Assembly (NCBI GenBank): GCA_050273025.1
Contig: CP158635.1
Span: 17,546,001-17,610,000 of the forward strand
Length of the DNA stretch: 64,000 nt
Source: Cenococcum geophilum
Lineage: Eukaryota
Direction: 5' to 3'
Part shown: positions 12,032 through 26,431 of the stretch, one piece after another
How the letters are laid out: every line of letters starts with the position of its first letter
Position numbering within the stretch: position 1 is the first letter of the stretch
Position numbers and translations under genes: made by a program
Notes under the pieces: model-generated
The model's input: the letters and a program-made list of their open reading frames with translations, nothing else
Told to the model about the DNA's origin: nothing
Databases searched by the model: none

Positions 12032-15000
12032 TATAAGCTTTGCAGTATGGGTATTGAACAAGCGACTTAATTGTAAATTTATAGAAATTAAGTGATATAA
12101 ATATATAAGGAAGGTGTTAGTAATAAGATAAAAGGGGAGACTACTATATAACTAAAATAGCATGATACGTAAGTAATACGCAGGCGATACGCAGTCGATA
12201 CGCAGGTGATACGTAGGTGTTTTAGCATAGTACCGGTAGTCGGTTACACACCCCCCTAGATTTAACGGTGTAGTTAAAGCTGTAGAAAAATAAAGGTCAA
12301 AACTATACTAAAATAGGAAATTTAGATATAATTTGGGAGTAGTAAAAGAATGGGGTAACTGTAACGGATATTGCTAATATCGCGGATATTGCGAATCAAT
12401 TAATCTGATATCGAATATCCACCAAATTTAACTGCTTTATCTATGCTTCGTGCTTTTAACGAGGTAAGATTTTGGTAAGACCGTCGGTAGGCATTTTGGC
12501 CGTAGGAACTTTTTAAACGTCGATCTTTTATCTTAGACTTCCTATTTTAGCCAGTGCTGATAGACGTTAATATGTCGAAACTTAGTGTCAAGCTTTAGTG
12601 TATTCTGTTTTAGGAGTCGTATAGTCTACATATTATTACAGAGTACGGTAAATTTACGTTCTAAGTTGAAGCCAATTGCCTTAAAGAATCGTTGCCACTA
12701 GATAATCTTAACAGTAGCAGTAGATAGGGAGAGAAGTTCTGCTTTGGTAGTCAAACGAGTTACTAATTATTATAGGGTCGCCTTCTAATTAATTAGCCCT
12801 CTAAATAGTATAAATAGGTATCCCCAAGAGCTCCGTCTAGTCTCTTTATAGTCCGTAAATACTGCGTTAGATACTTCGTAAAAGGTAACGTCTTCTCCTT
12901 TTAGGTTTCTATAATAGATATATACTCTAAATACTTCGCTAAAGTATTTAATAGCTATCGATTTTGTTTTAAGGCAGTAGGCAATAGCTTAGTTTGCCGC
13001 ATTAAAGTGCTTTTAATTTAGATTAGTAAGGAATTCGGCCAGCTTAGAATGCGTCTTAGTAATATTAGGTCTTCTAAATACGGTAAGGTGTATAAGCAAC
13101 CCTACTTATTACTGGTAGGCTAGTGTCCTTTAAGGGTTTATCTACTAGTCGGACGAAATCAGTTCTTTAGTAGGAAGTAGTAACTTAGGAAATCTGCCTG
13201 GTTGAATATTAAATTAATTAGCTATCTTTTTAATATAGGAATCTTGGCAAAGCCAGAGCCTTTAACTTAGTTAATCTCGTTTAATTTAAATTCCTAGGAA
13301 CTACTATAGGTCTCCTAGTATACGGATCTTATATTAGTGTAGTAGTTTAGCTTTAAATTCTTTAAGTCTTTAAAGGTTCTTTTTAGCAAATAGAATAGCA
13401 ATATTGTCTATATAGAAGAAGATAATAAGTTATCCGTTAGTAAATAGGCAGTTAGTGCCTAGTACTAGTTTTAATCTAAATTTAGCTAGGGTACTAGTAA
13501 GCTCTTTATACTAAAGTAGTAGTGAGATTTTTAATTTATATAGCGCTATAAGTAGCTTTAGGATATATCCGTCTTGTTTAAATCCTTCTAGGTAGTAGTA
13601 GTAAACTAGCTTACTAAGCTTGGCGTTTATAAATACATTTACAGCGTTATACTGTTAAATTTCTAAATTAAATGCGGCTGCTATAGCCATGAGTGCACGG
13701 AATATTCGAGCAGCTAGGGTTGCTGTATAGGTCTTTTTTTTAGTAATCTATAGGTCTCCGCGGATATATAGTTAAGCTTTTAGCTTTTAAAGATAACTAT
13801 CGCTGTTAAGCTTATATTTAAAGACCTATTTTAGTAGTAGGATTTGCTCGTTGCTTACTTCTTCTTTTAGTATAATTTTAAATGTCCCTTAGCGTTTTAG
13901 GTTATTGTATTCTTTTTCTATAGCCTTTTAAAAGCTAGTAGTTAAAGAATGCTTTCTTAGTTCTTTAAGGTTTTTTAGTTTAGGAGGAAGATTATTTTAA
14001 TATAGAGATAAGGATCTAGTTTAGTTAATATCCTTTACTAGTCCTGTGGCAAAGCCAGTATAGTAACTAAATAGGGTAGATAGATTGGCTAGTAATACTA
14101 TATACGCTTAACATCGAATTCTTTTTAATCCTTTTGGTAGGATAAGGTCGGCAGAAGGTTTAGCTAAGACTTTATTAGCTTATAGAGCTGTATTTAATGG
14201 TTCTATTAAATTACTTAGCTAGGTAGGACCTATTTTAATTATATCCAAAATATCGTTTTAAAGTCCTCCTAGTATAGTGTTTGTTTCTAGCAGATCTAGA
14301 GATACCATTCTACTAGGAGTTGGTAACTACTTAGTATCCTTTATAGGAGGCTCTACCAAATCATTCGATTTAGGTATAGTTGTTTAATCTACATTTAAGG
14401 TAAGTCTATATAAGATAGATTTATTCTTAGACTTATCCTTAAGAGGCTTTAGTAGACTAATTGTCTATAGAGTGTCCTCTAATGCTTTTCTTAATAGGTA
14501 GTTAATGTTTTAACTCTTAGGGTTATCCCTTGCATTGATAAAATGTGTACTTAGAGCTGTGCTCCGTGCGCACCAATTAGGAAGCTGCATACGCAGGCGG
14601 TCAATCGTTTTGCCAGATAATCTAGGCCTTGAAGGAAGGTAGTGATTCGGGGGCTGGCGGTGGCTTTTTCACGACCTGACTTTTAGAAGTGGGATATTGA
14701 GTAGGCTGTACAAGATCCATGTCACTAGAAATGCAATTACGAACCATTGTGGTGGTGTAATTAATTGATGAAGTACTTGACCTGAGAAAGTTGATGTTCT
14801 TTGATCGCGTGCACGGGCCATATCTCTAAGTACACTATCAATGCAAGGGATAGAACGAGGTCTTATTAAATATAACGTCTCTAGTTTAAATAACCTTGTA
14901 GAGACTTAGAATCTAGATTTAATAGATATTAATTAAATTGTAGCCAACTAGGTGTCTAATTAATATATAAGGAGCTAGCTTATCTCCCTTTTTAACTCAT

Positions 15001-17861
15001 TTATCTAGTATATAGGTCTTGCAACCATATATATATATATAGGTAAGTAATGGCAGCTTACCGTAGGCAATCTCGTACGGAGTTTTTTACCCTAGTTGCT
15101 TATTTGGGGTTTAATTAAGTACGTAGCTAGTAGTAAGGAACGCCTCTAGTTTTAGAGATAGGGGTAAGGAAGCTTCTAGCTGTATAGCCCTAGACCGTTC
15201 TATAAGGGTTTGTTTAGATTATTTAGCTCCGCTATTTTGTTCTTCTATATATAGGGCTTAGTATTTAAAAGTAATGCCTTTATCCACACACTATATTTAT
15301 AGGGTGTCTCCTATCTATCTAAAAGCTCGTTTGTTATCGCTCTAGAAGAAGATAATATCTTAGTAAAATTGTATTTTGGTTAGCCGGTAAGTCTTACAAA
15401 TAGTAGGTAGGATAGTAGCTTTGTCCTTATTCCTGGAGGTGAATATAAAATTGAATTTGGAATACGTGTAATAGAAATGCATAGCGTATCTATCGCCGTT
15501 GTATCTAGGTACTTCGAGGTTAATAATATTAAATACTAGTCGTTTAAATGGTTGAGTAGCTGGATATTTATATTCTTATCTTCAAGAGATCTGCTGCGTG
15601 TGCTTTGCCAATAAGCAAATTTTATATTCAATTTTAAGCGGTGCTCATTTATTGATTAGCTTTTAAGCTCTGCGCTATTAACATACTTAGGAAGCTGCTT
15701 AATAGCGTTAGGTCCTACATGGCTAAGTATTTTTATACCATTTTATAGCTATGGCTCCGACTAGTTTATAGGCTATACGGCTAGGCTAGTACCTCTTAGA
15801 GGTTAAGAATGTTGATTAAGTCAAATCTAGGGAATTTAAAGGCGTAGGCTCTCTGTGCATTAGTGCCTAATAGCCCCCTAGTTGTTTCGCATAGTATACT
15901 ATTTCGCTAGTTGCTAGATAGTATAGCATATTTCGTCCTAAGTTAAAATAGATATCGTTATTAGTAGCTTTTAATAGTGCTACAATATTTACAAACATGG
16001 TGGGTACTAATGCTATATATAATAGCTTTATTTTTAAGCTCCTAGTAGGTGTATTAATAGTAATCGTTACTGTTCCATAAGCTTATATTTTCTTAAAATT
16101 TCCGCTAGCAATTAGGTAGTCGTCTTCTACTACTAGGTATAAGAAGGTAAAGTCTTCTTTATTATTATAGACGTGTGTATCTACGCTAGGGTTAAGTATC
16201 CAGGTATTTTAGAGTTTAAATGGAATTTAACTAGTACTAAACACGGCAGCATAGCTGGTTGGTGCCTTAGACGGTAGGGTTTTAGGATTAAAATTAATTA
16301 TAGATTCTATGTTCTTTTAATTGTTCTCCTTTGCTTCCTATTCTTCTTTTTAAATTCGGTTAACTGCGCGTTTAATTAAGGGTATAGATGAGATCATTTT
16401 ATCTACTTTTTTTTGGATATTTGCCCTTGGTCTCCATCCTTAAGGGCGCTTATGCTCGATAATATAGTAGCAGTCACTAAATCGATGTTTAAGGCCGCAT
16501 ATGCATTCCTTGTGCCTTCTTAAATTTAAATTTAGATTGCTGTTAGAATTAGAATTGCCGTTAGAATCTAAATTGGAATTGTTTTGAAGGGTTGCAAATG
16601 CAGAGCTATTGGCAGTAGAGGTAGAGGATGCTTGCTGCATATGGTAGTGCTCCTTGAATTCCTCGATGAGATTAATAATAGATAGTGCAGCTTCGTCCTT
16701 ATATTCCTTTTAAATAAGGTCTACTTCTAATGCTTCTATAAAACTAGAAGAGATGGATTTAATGGCTTAAATAAAGTTATAGTGTAGCCTAAATCCTTGT
16801 ACATCCGGTAGCTTTAATTGCTCCGCAAGCTTATAGACATTTTGCCAATTGTTTAGCTATTTTTTAATTCTCTGCTTCTTATTGTAGACCTTTAGTGCCG
16901 TGTATTAATTAAGGACGTTATGCTTTCGACCTGATGAGGTAGGGGCTAGTGCAGTCTTTAATGCTTTAAGCCGTTCGTGTACCGTGTTGAGGCCGTTAAT
17001 AAGTAGAAGGTAGGCTACCGATGTGGTGCGGACGATGTAATTGCTGATATCGTTTATAGCCCGTTTTTGCTTCTTGTGTACGCGTAGATTGTCTTTGTAT
17101 TTAGCGTAAAGCTAATTATAGGCAGTGAGCTTGATTTGGTCCAGTTGAGCTATTGATATGGTATTAGGAAGTACGTCCGCTGGTATAGGTCGATGCGGTG
17201 GTTCTAGCTTTGGAAGCTCGTCTTTTGTAGATGGGTCGATGTACTGCTATACCTCGTTAGTTGTGGCTGTGTCTTGGATAATAAAGAACCATTGAATCCA
17301 ATCAGATAGCTGGTTAAGGATAACGTTGATCTTTAATTCGGTAGAGGTCGTCATTTTTAGAATTTGTAGGGTTAGGCAGGGTCCAATTGGTGGCTTAGCG
17401 AAACCCTTATTTTGACGTTCCGAACTCTTAATTTGATTCGTTCGTTTGTTCGTCAGTCGGTACGGTCGTTGACTGGGGTTAATCGTCCGTTCGTTTGATA
17501 GGTGAAGAAGCTTAAGACACTTGCAAAGGTAATAAAAGTAGTGACTTCTTAAATAAGGTAGCAAATTGACTGCTTAACAGATTTTGCAATAGGTAGATTG
17601 ATCTGATTAATTGGTTAGTAGGTAGTGCGATCTGGGCTCATAACTGTAAGCTTTGCAGTGTGGGTATTAAACGAGCGACTTAATTGTAAATCTATGGAAA
17701 TCAAGTAATATAAATATATAAGGAAGGTGTTGGTAATAAGATAAAAGGGGAGACTACTACGTAACTAAAATAGCGTGATACGTAAGTGATACGCAGGCGA
17801 TACGCAGTTGATACGCAGGTGATACGTAGGTGTTTTGGCATAGTACCGGTAGTCGGTTACA
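12032..17861 (-). mobile_element. Full-length Ty1/Copia LTR retrotransposon, RIP-degenerated
   Basis: 217-bp LTRs at 12032-12248 and 17645-17861; TSD GCTAC; PBS-like GTTATGAGCCC (17634-17644); G-rich PPT next to the left LTR; gag zinc knuckle CICGLKHRFSDC (~16500); order gag-PR-IN-RT-RH; RT motif FYIDNI (~13410); RNase H RHINVYQHW and PTDGLTK. Confidence 0.95.
14526..14850. mobile_element. MITE (325 bp) with TA TSD, inserted in the Copia element
   Basis: TIRs TCCCTTGCATTGATA(AAAT)GTGTACTTAGAG / CTCTAAGTACACTATCAATGCAAGGGA; TA at 14524-14525 and 14851-14852; retains CpA/TpG unlike its flanks. Confidence 0.9.
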
Positions 17862-20644
17862 GCTACTATAATAGATTTTAAGTCTTTAGCTTAATAATAT
17901 AGAAAAGGAAAAGCATACCATATACGTTTAGGACCTTTACGTTATCCTCTACGCCCTTTAGGTAGACGATACTAAACCTCTCTACGGCTTTATCTGGGTC
18001 TAAATTTCGCTTCTTTTTCTTCTTAGCGTAGCCATAGCTATAAGACCAGGAGCTTTTATTAAAAGCGTAAGTACTAAAGGCAGTAACAAAGCATTATTAT
18101 TTAAAGATATTAACCTTATAGTAGTGCGCAGTCTTAAACCCCCTAAAAAGACTATAATTATTATAAATATAAACCTTAAATATATTAAGAATAAGGAAAA
18201 GGACGGGAAACCGTAAGTTGGATAATAGACTTATACTATAATGCGTCTTACTAACCACGTCTATTATTATAGGAAGAAATATATATTCCGCCTTAAAGGG
18301 CTTCCTACATTTTACATTATTTCGCGTATTCTATTTATTAGTATTAGTTAAAACGTATTTAAAGATAACTTTAAGAGTGTTAAAGAGATCTTTAACCTTA
18401 TAATACCAGACTATTATAATATACTTTATATTAAATGGAAGAATAATATATTAAGCCAGCTATTCTTCTATAGCGTTAAGAATACTATAGGAGGTATTTA
18501 TGTCCTAAACGATAAGGCCTTCCTATATGCAAAGTATCGGGATATATTTGTGCGGTTAGGGCGTATTGCAGGCTTTAAAATAGCACTAGAGTTATATTAG
18601 CTACGACGAGCTTTAGGTAGGAATATTAATAGTAAGCCTACTCTACTAACACCGCTTATCTACTTATTTCCTATACTAATACTATAAAATCTACTAGGCG
18701 TTTTAACTCTAGAAGAGCGGAACTAAACTATAGGCCATCTTAGTAGTACGTATAAAAAGTACTATACTCCAACGCATATTGCACGTAATTTTTAGTCTAT
18801 TTATTTTAGAAGCCCTTTAAAAGACCTCCTTATTAAATCCGTTATAAAAATAGGCCTATTATAAGATTAACATACGCCTATAAAGCTAAATAATAATTAA
18901 CTAGAAGAGATCCGGAATAACCTTACGCTTATAGCTCTTTATAAGAAATATATAGAATATAAAAACTAACTTTATAGTTAAGGCTTCTACCCTATAAGTA
19001 AGGCTGAAGGGACCAATCTATATAAGTAATATAAGAATTACAAGCGGATAATTAGCAAGATATATTAAAAACTGTATAGAGAACGATTGGATAAGGCTAT
19101 TTATAAATTCTATAATTTGGTTAATATAAACAAGATAGCCAGGCAGCTTAATAAAACGCCTGCAACTAAAGTCCTTATACTACTAACTTTTAAATTTAAG
19201 ATTTAAGAGTAGGCCACCATTGCCGGAATACTCTTTTAGCTATTTAAAAATAATAAAGCGCGTATTAAGTTTATCTACGCTCTAGCTTAACTATATTACC
19301 GATAAGAAACTTATTAGCCTAAAGCCTTAAAATAAAAGAAACCAGATTTCGTTATCTTTAAAAGCAGCAATATATCTTTTATAACTAAATAAAAGAAGTT
19401 CACTAACAGATTTAAGAACATCTTAAAGGACTTAACTCCTAATTATATAGCCTCTAATAAAATCCCCTAAAATAGCTAAGGGGCTAAGGCTGCAAAACAA
19501 GAGTTTAGTATATTAGAAGTTAACTAGGTTAAAATAATCTAATATTTATACTTATATCCAATAGTGCTTCTATATCTAGTATGCCTTATTTATATAGGTA
19601 ATAACAAGTTCTTATATAAAAGACGAATGCGCTTAATTCCTTATAAAGACGTCCTTAAAAAGCATATAGAATTCCACTTTAAACAACCCAAGTATTAGAG
19701 AGAGTTTAAATATTACTATCCTAAATGTTTAATACGACTAAAGGGCATTATATATTTTAAGAGACACGCATACAATGTATATAGGGTATTTTATTAATAT
19801 CTCGGCTTTAGCGGGCAGCGGGGAATTTATTTTAGAAGGAGGATTGCAAGTTTAGGAAAGAAATTAGTTTTAGACACTAATATTTACAGACTAAGGAAGA
19901 GATAATTTTTAGACGGATCTATTTTACCAGGCTTATAAATTATAAAAGGGATAGGAGCCGTTTTAATCCTATTTCCGAATACTAGTATTAAGGATACTTT
20001 TCCACTCCTTAGACAATAAGCTTATAATAATAGTAGAGACCCACGACTAATAGTAATAGTATAAGGAGTAAGAGTATTTATATAAAAAGAGTAATTATAT
20101 AAGGAGAGCAATTGTATAAGGAGCGCTGCTAAGAGAATTAATAGCTTAAAAAATAGAACTAGTCTTGCTGCGTATATATATATATAGTTTTAGAGCAGTT
20201 ATAGTTAAAAGTAAATATAACCTAGAAGAGACAGGTATATTCTAACCTCTTAAGTGGTTTGCCTATTATGGAATTCTAAATAATTATAAGATCTAGTCGT
20301 ATATGTCCAGAAGCCATCTTAGGCCTAGAGCTATTAACGCCAGCCTAGTCTTGTCAGCTTACCACTCCGCAGTTATAATGTGGATTTCCACTATATATTC
20401 CACGATCGTCATCCTACGTTATCTACCCCACCTCCTAATCATATTGGTTCTAGAGATTGTTCTTGCTTAAAGCTAATATAAGTTAGGGGTAAAGTTCTGG
20501 TTCCCTGCCCTAAAGTTGTTTAACTTTTAAAGTAAACGTTTGGCGGGGTGCATAAACGCTAAATTCGCTATATCGCTCGGCGCTATCCAATAGCAAAAAC
20601 AACGCTTTCATCCAATATCGTAGTTACGCTCTCGCTATCTCCAC

Positions 20645-20668
20645 GTATGTATATATATATGTATATTC
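20645..20668 (-). mobile_element. Tail-only (extremely 5'-truncated) copy of the adjacent LINE
   Basis: gtatgtatatatatatgtatattc matches the LINE 3' terminus and lies between two copies of the target CGCYATCTCCA (20633-20644, 20669-20680). Confidence 0.65.
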
Positions 20669-20680
20669 CGCCATCTCCAT

Positions 20681-23600
20681 ATATATATATATATATGTAT
20701 ATATATTCTATTATAGCCATGCACTATTTAGGGTATAGGCCGTTACAGAGCACTAACTAAATACTTCCTACCATTAACATGCTTGCTCTAGTTTAGAAGC
20801 CAACTATAAGAACTATATATCCATTACCTAACACTATACTTAACTAAGGAAATAAAGAAAAGTAATACGTTACCATTAGAATAAAGTTAGAGTTTAGAGG
20901 CAAGCCTAAGTAAGTAGTTTTCGATGCCTTATATCTATAGGGCTATTCTAGCGTTATACGCTTCTTAATTGGCGACGTACTAGTAAAGGCACGTATAGAG
21001 GAGGCTCGTGGTATATTCGGTTAGATAATTAGAGGAGGAATTCTTAAGAGTTTTTACTTATTAACGTTAGCTTCTATACTCTCTATATCTTATACACTTA
21101 GGTATAAACGTCCGGTCTTCTTTACAAATTTAATTATAGCTTTAACTACGCCAATGTCTGGTTTCCAGCGTTTAATTAGGCCGTTAATATTCCTACCTCT
21201 ATCTTATCTGCGTAAGTAGCCTCCTAATGTATATAATAGATCCCTAAATTAATCTCTATACTACTCTCTTAGTTTAATCCTCTGCTATACCCACCTCCTA
21301 TAAAAAAAGAGGAAGTACTATATTAATTCTATAAGCCCGTAGTTACATAATGCCGTCTCTAATGCATTAATTTTATAGAGATATTCCTTTAGAAATAACT
21401 TGCCGGTCTATAGCTGTGTAAAGATAGTAGCTTTAAAGCTAATTATCCACTAGTATAGTCCTACAGCCTTTCTAAGGTAAAGTACTGCGTTAATCTTCCT
21501 TATAAACTTACCTGTATTAGATCTTCCCGCTAAAAGCGGTCCTATTATTATCTTAGCTTTTTTTAAAACTTACGTCACAAGGTACTATAGGAGGCCGTCT
21601 CTCTATAGTGGCTCCTCGCTCTCTAGTCTCATCGCTACTTTAGCAAGCTTATTGGCCTTCTTATTTCCTATAAATCTAGAGTGGCCTAGAATCTAGTATA
21701 GCGTAACATTATTTAGCTAAAGCTTCTTTAGGATCTCTATAACTATTTCCTAGCAGGCTCCAGCCCTCTAGCTCTACACTAATAGCAATACTAATTATAA
21801 GTCGGAGAATATTCTTATACTAGAAGCAGGTATTAGAAAACCTACTTAGTTAACAGCCGTGCACGTAGGTTCCTATAGCCAGTTAGCTACCTTACTAATT
21901 GCTAGAAGCTCTATAAGGTAGGCGTCAGCCTAATTAGAGCTCGCCACCATTTTTAAAAGCGTTGCTTTAGATAGCGTAGTATATACGCCAACTTCTGCTC
22001 TACTATTACGTACTAATGCATTAACGTATATATTAACCTGCCCTAGCTTATAGTCTTTAATAATAGCTTAAGTATATTCTTCGTCCTTATATATTACTAT
22101 ATTAGGCTTAGCCACCTACGGTAGGCATATATACGGCTTAACCTCTAGCACCCTATTTACCTAGACATCCTTATATATCTCTACTATCCTCTAAAGCGGC
22201 GACCGGTGCCGCCTATAGAGCCTCTATCTTTAAATCATCTAATAAGGATATAATTTGCCTAGTTTATAAATTAATACCCAGAATATAATAGCCTAGTTAT
22301 ACAGCCTTTGCTTAAGAGGGAGCAGGCCAGCTTTTACCTCCGCTATTAGTAGAGTAATAGTGCGGAACCCCCTAATAATAGCTTATGCTATAATCCTCTG
22401 CGCCTACTAAAGAAGCTATATTAGCTCTTATATTATAAGCGGGTACTATATTAGTAACACGTAGTCTACTACTAGTAGGACTAAGCTCTTAGCTAGCTGC
22501 TTAACGCTCTTAGGCTATAGTCCCTTTAATCTATATAACGCTAGCGCTACCTTAGTGGCTTTACCCGCCTTATCCGCTAGGTATACCTTAAACCTTAGCT
22601 CCTTATTAAGAATTACCCTAAGGATTTTAACCTCCTATATTAGGGGGATTCCTTTTCCTTTAAATTAGAGTGGCGTAGTAGCATCCTTACCCGCTTCTTT
22701 ATATCTAGTAAGGTAGATAAATAACGTTTTCTTCGCTTTAAATTAAGCTCTACTAGTTCTCTCCTATTTCTTAAGCATCAGTATAATCTCGCCCTAGATA
22801 ATCTATATGTTTTCCTCTATTATAGGGCCTATAACCTATACTAAGTAGTTATTAATAAAGGCCATAGAGCTGCTATTTCTAGGTGCGCTTTATATAAGAT
22901 CCGCATTAAAGAATAAAAAGAGTATTAGGGCTAGTGCTAATCCCTACGGAAGACCCGCCTATAGGAGCGCCTATACCTCTAATATGTATCCATTAACTAG
23001 GATATAGGCTTAACGGTTTATATAGAAGTCCTATACCTATTATATAATTATCTAAGGTATCTATCGCTGCTATAATCTCTTAATTTCTGGCTCTATAGCT
23101 ATATTGTTATACACACCCTTAATATTAAATAATACTAGAGACAGCGTCTTTTTTCTTCTCTATGCTCTAAATACGTCCTTATAGAGATATAATAGCATAT
23201 ATATTGTTGACCTTTACTTCCTAGCTCTAAAGTATATCTTAGGTAGTAGGCTATATTCCTATACTAGGTATACTATCCTCTCTACTACTAGCAATTTAAG
23301 TACTTTTCCTAGCGTTAGGAGGAGGGAGATCGGCCTATAGTTGTTTGCTACTATATAGTCCCCCCACTTCGGCTTCTATAGCGGTATAATCTTTACTACC
23401 TTTTATTCCTATAATACTTTTCCTATTTTAAGTAATTTGGTAAAGAGAGTAGTAATCTTACCGCTTAGTATAGGCCACAGTTCTTGCTATACCTTAGCTA
23501 GTAGGCCATCTCTCCCTAGAGCCTTATCTAGGCTAGCCCTAAATATAACTACCTTAACCTTATATTTAGCGATAGGCTCCTATAGCAATTAGTTATAGCT

Positions 23601-26419
23601 AGCCGTAGTATCCTCCTCTTATTTACACGGCAGCGGGACCAAAAAGAATGCCTAAAGTAGTTCTCTTACAATATTATAGTTCTCCATAATAACCTCTCCC
23701 TATCCTCCAGCCTTCTTAATTAGCGGTATTCTAACAAATACGGATATAGCCTACAGATTAAGGTATTTCGACGCTTTTTATATATTGTTACTATTACCTA
23801 GGAATTCGTCCTAATAGAGCTTCCTATATTGCTAAATAGTCCTATAAAAGAGCTTTTTTGCTCTTACTGCAATATTATATAGCTTAGGGTCATCCCTTCC
23901 TTGCCTCCGTATTACACTATTTCTATTCCTCTAGTATATATATAACTTTCTTAGCGTTATAAGATCTTTGTTCCACTATCTTTTTATATATAATAATAGC
24001 TTGGCCCGCTAGCAGTATACTTTAAGGGCTTTATTAACCCACCTATTAAGGCAGTTAATTATTTTATCCACCTCTTCTATAGGGAATCCTATCTCTTTCT
24101 ATTGCTCTATATCTTCTTAAATCTTATCCTAGTTTGTATTTTTAATAAGCAGCCTCTCCTAGCTCTCCTACGTGTCTATATTAACCTAAAAGCTTATATA
24201 AATAGCTCTATAGTCTAATCCGTACTTATACTCCTAAATAGCACACTTTACTAGTTTACTTACTAGGCCTAGGGTTGCAAGCATAAGGTTAATTATTAAT
24301 ATTTGCCCCGCGTCGCTCTTAAATATAGGTACTTCTACTAAAAGTAGGCTCTAAAGTAACCGGTCCGCTATAAAGTTAATAATTAGCGCGCTTTCTTCCT
24401 ATATTAATATAGTACTAACATAACTTCCTCCCTATAATAGATTATGCCAATTAAAGTTGCCTATAATTACCACCTTAGTATATAGGTCGCGTAATAGTTT
24501 ACCCTAGATTAAACCGTTAATTATCTCTAGCCTACTAAAGAGCTCCTCTAGGTTCTCTTCCTTAGTTCTCCTTAAGCATCTATCTAAGATATATACCAAC
24601 ACAATCATAAGTCTTATTTAGCCGACGTGCGCCACTACCGCCGTAATGTCTACTAAATCTACCTATAGCTATGTAGTTGCTAGCTCTCTAGATGCCTAGA
24701 TACATAACCTAACTAGGGAATGCCGCTACTTCCTACCTATTAGGACAAACCTTATCCACCAGGGGTTTAAGCTAGCTAGCACCACTTCCCCATCTAAGAG
24801 AAAGCAGTACGGTTCCTGGCCTAAAATAAAGTAAAAGTCCGCTAGCGCCTTATCATTATATAGCGCATACTACGCTTCCCTACACTTTCTTATATTCGCC
24901 TAAATAATCTAAAGTTCTCTATTTATAGCGCTATTGTATAAAAATCCTATCCATCTCTTTTCTATATGCTGGGCATTTACGGTATAAAGCTTAGTAAGGA
25001 CCCTAGCAGTTTATATAGTGTAAATTAACCGTCTTATACCGGAGATAGCCTTCCCGCCTATATATTTTGTATATATTAGGTCACGTATAGTCTCTAGCCC
25101 TATATCTAAACCTTCTGCATTTACAGTATGCTATAGGGGTGCGTTACTCCTTAAATAGTGATATAATAACCGCACCTCCCCTAAATAATACGTTGTCTGA
25201 TATAAGCAGCTTCTCTATATCCTCCTTTATTGCCACTTTAATAATTACCAACACGTGCTAGCCGCGTGGCCTTAGTTATCCGAGCTATCTTATTATATAT
25301 ACCTCTACACTATTCTCTATCCTAAAGCGCTCTATAGCTAACTTACTTACTTTTCTACTATTTATATTTATTGCTAGAGGTACTTTAACCTAATCCGCCT
25401 TAACTATATACCACTTAGGTCCAACAAGCCTCGCCCTAGGGATATACAGTTTAAGCTATTAAGCAGTCGTCTGCCTAAACATAGCTTTTTTATCTTTTTC
25501 CACTAAGAATCTAATAATGCTCGCGCTATCGCTTGTTTACTATACGCGGAAGTCCTTAAGTATAGCTCCTATAAGCCTGTTAACATCCTTTATACCTTAT
25601 ATAATGGTTTACTTTACTACTTTAGTAGTAGCTACCTTCTCTATTGCCTCTAAACCCGCTTAGCTAACATCTATTACTAGCTATTAATTGGGTTCCTTAG
25701 AGTTCCTAGCGCTTATTATTTATAGCAAAGTTATCTCTAGCCCTCCTATGCCTCTACTAGCCGCTACTAATGCCTATAATTATATTAGAGCTAAGGGAGT
25801 ATTTAGTTACGCTTATAAGGACTAGATAGCTTTTTAGAGTTTAGTATTTTACTTTTTAAGGCTTTACTATTCTAATTTAATGTCTACTAGTTTATTTCTA
25901 ATACTTTTAATAATACTATTCTAGCTTATAATAATATTGCTCTGCTATATTATAGTTTCTTTAAGGCTTTTAATAAGCTAATAGAATTTATTATAATTAA
26001 TACCTCCTCCTTTATACTTGGGTAAGGTGAAGACTCTTACTATAGGGAATAGAGGTAGTATATACTGCGTAGCTTGTATTCTAGTTTATAGTGCGGCCTA
26101 TTATTTAAACTATGCTAATCTTTAAGCGGTTTGTGTCCTTAGCGACTACTAGGCCTCTTATACCTTTGCGCTTAGTTTCCTTATACGTCTTAGTAAAGCT
26201 GCTAGCAGGTCTAGAGGTAGTATTACTAATACGCGTTTAGGGGTTAAAGCAGCCATTAGGGCTCTGGGGCTTTGTTTAGTAGGCCGCAGGGGCCGCCTTA
26301 TAGCGGGAACTAGCTAAATGAAAGACTAGGATTTGATTAAAAGAATGTCCGAGATAAATATCCTCCTCTTTTAAGAGTTTTTCCTTCTTTTACTCCCCTT
26401 GACAAGGGCGTAGCTGGTC
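20681..26419 (-). mobile_element. Tad-like LINE copy A (ORF1 gag with zinc knuckles; ORF2 APE-RT-RNase H), RIP-degenerated
   Basis: ORF1 knuckle NCxGPY..LYRKCP (~25010-24970); APE GNFNWHN; RT motifs YRPISLLLTLGKVL, AGLPxGLALALILFLFFNAD, AFINNY (FVDD); RNase H YxILGHS..GNKKANKLAK; (TACA/TA)n tail; flanked by 12-bp target copies. Confidence 0.92.
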
Positions 26420-26431
26420 CGCTATCTCCAC

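Larger units (their letters stand above)
11407..19797 (+). pseudogene. DUF3435 tyrosine recombinase (Starship captain-like) with C-terminal Cys/His zinc-finger motifs; RIP-degenerated and split by a Copia element
   Basis: Formerly D/S/E-rich N-terminus then KKLWKRKGEF and a GTAAG intron (~11714). After the Copia: AIRPGAFIKS..TKGSNKALLFKDINL (~18037), LGRIAGF..LYxLRRA (~18557-18612), ERNxTIGHL..TYKKYY (~18716-18765), CLI.IG...KKHIEFHF...KC...FKRHAYNV (19580-19790). Confidence 0.85.

Noticed and set aside
14527..14849. piggyBac-type MITE (CCC...GGG ends)
   Set aside because: No TTAA duplication; extending the TIR by one base gives a clean TA TSD.
20600..20644. LINE target being a tRNA, 5S or snRNA gene (minus strand GTGGAGATGGCGAGAGCG)
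   Set aside because: No B box or cloverleaf and no match I can recognise to 5S or U snRNAs; left unidentified.
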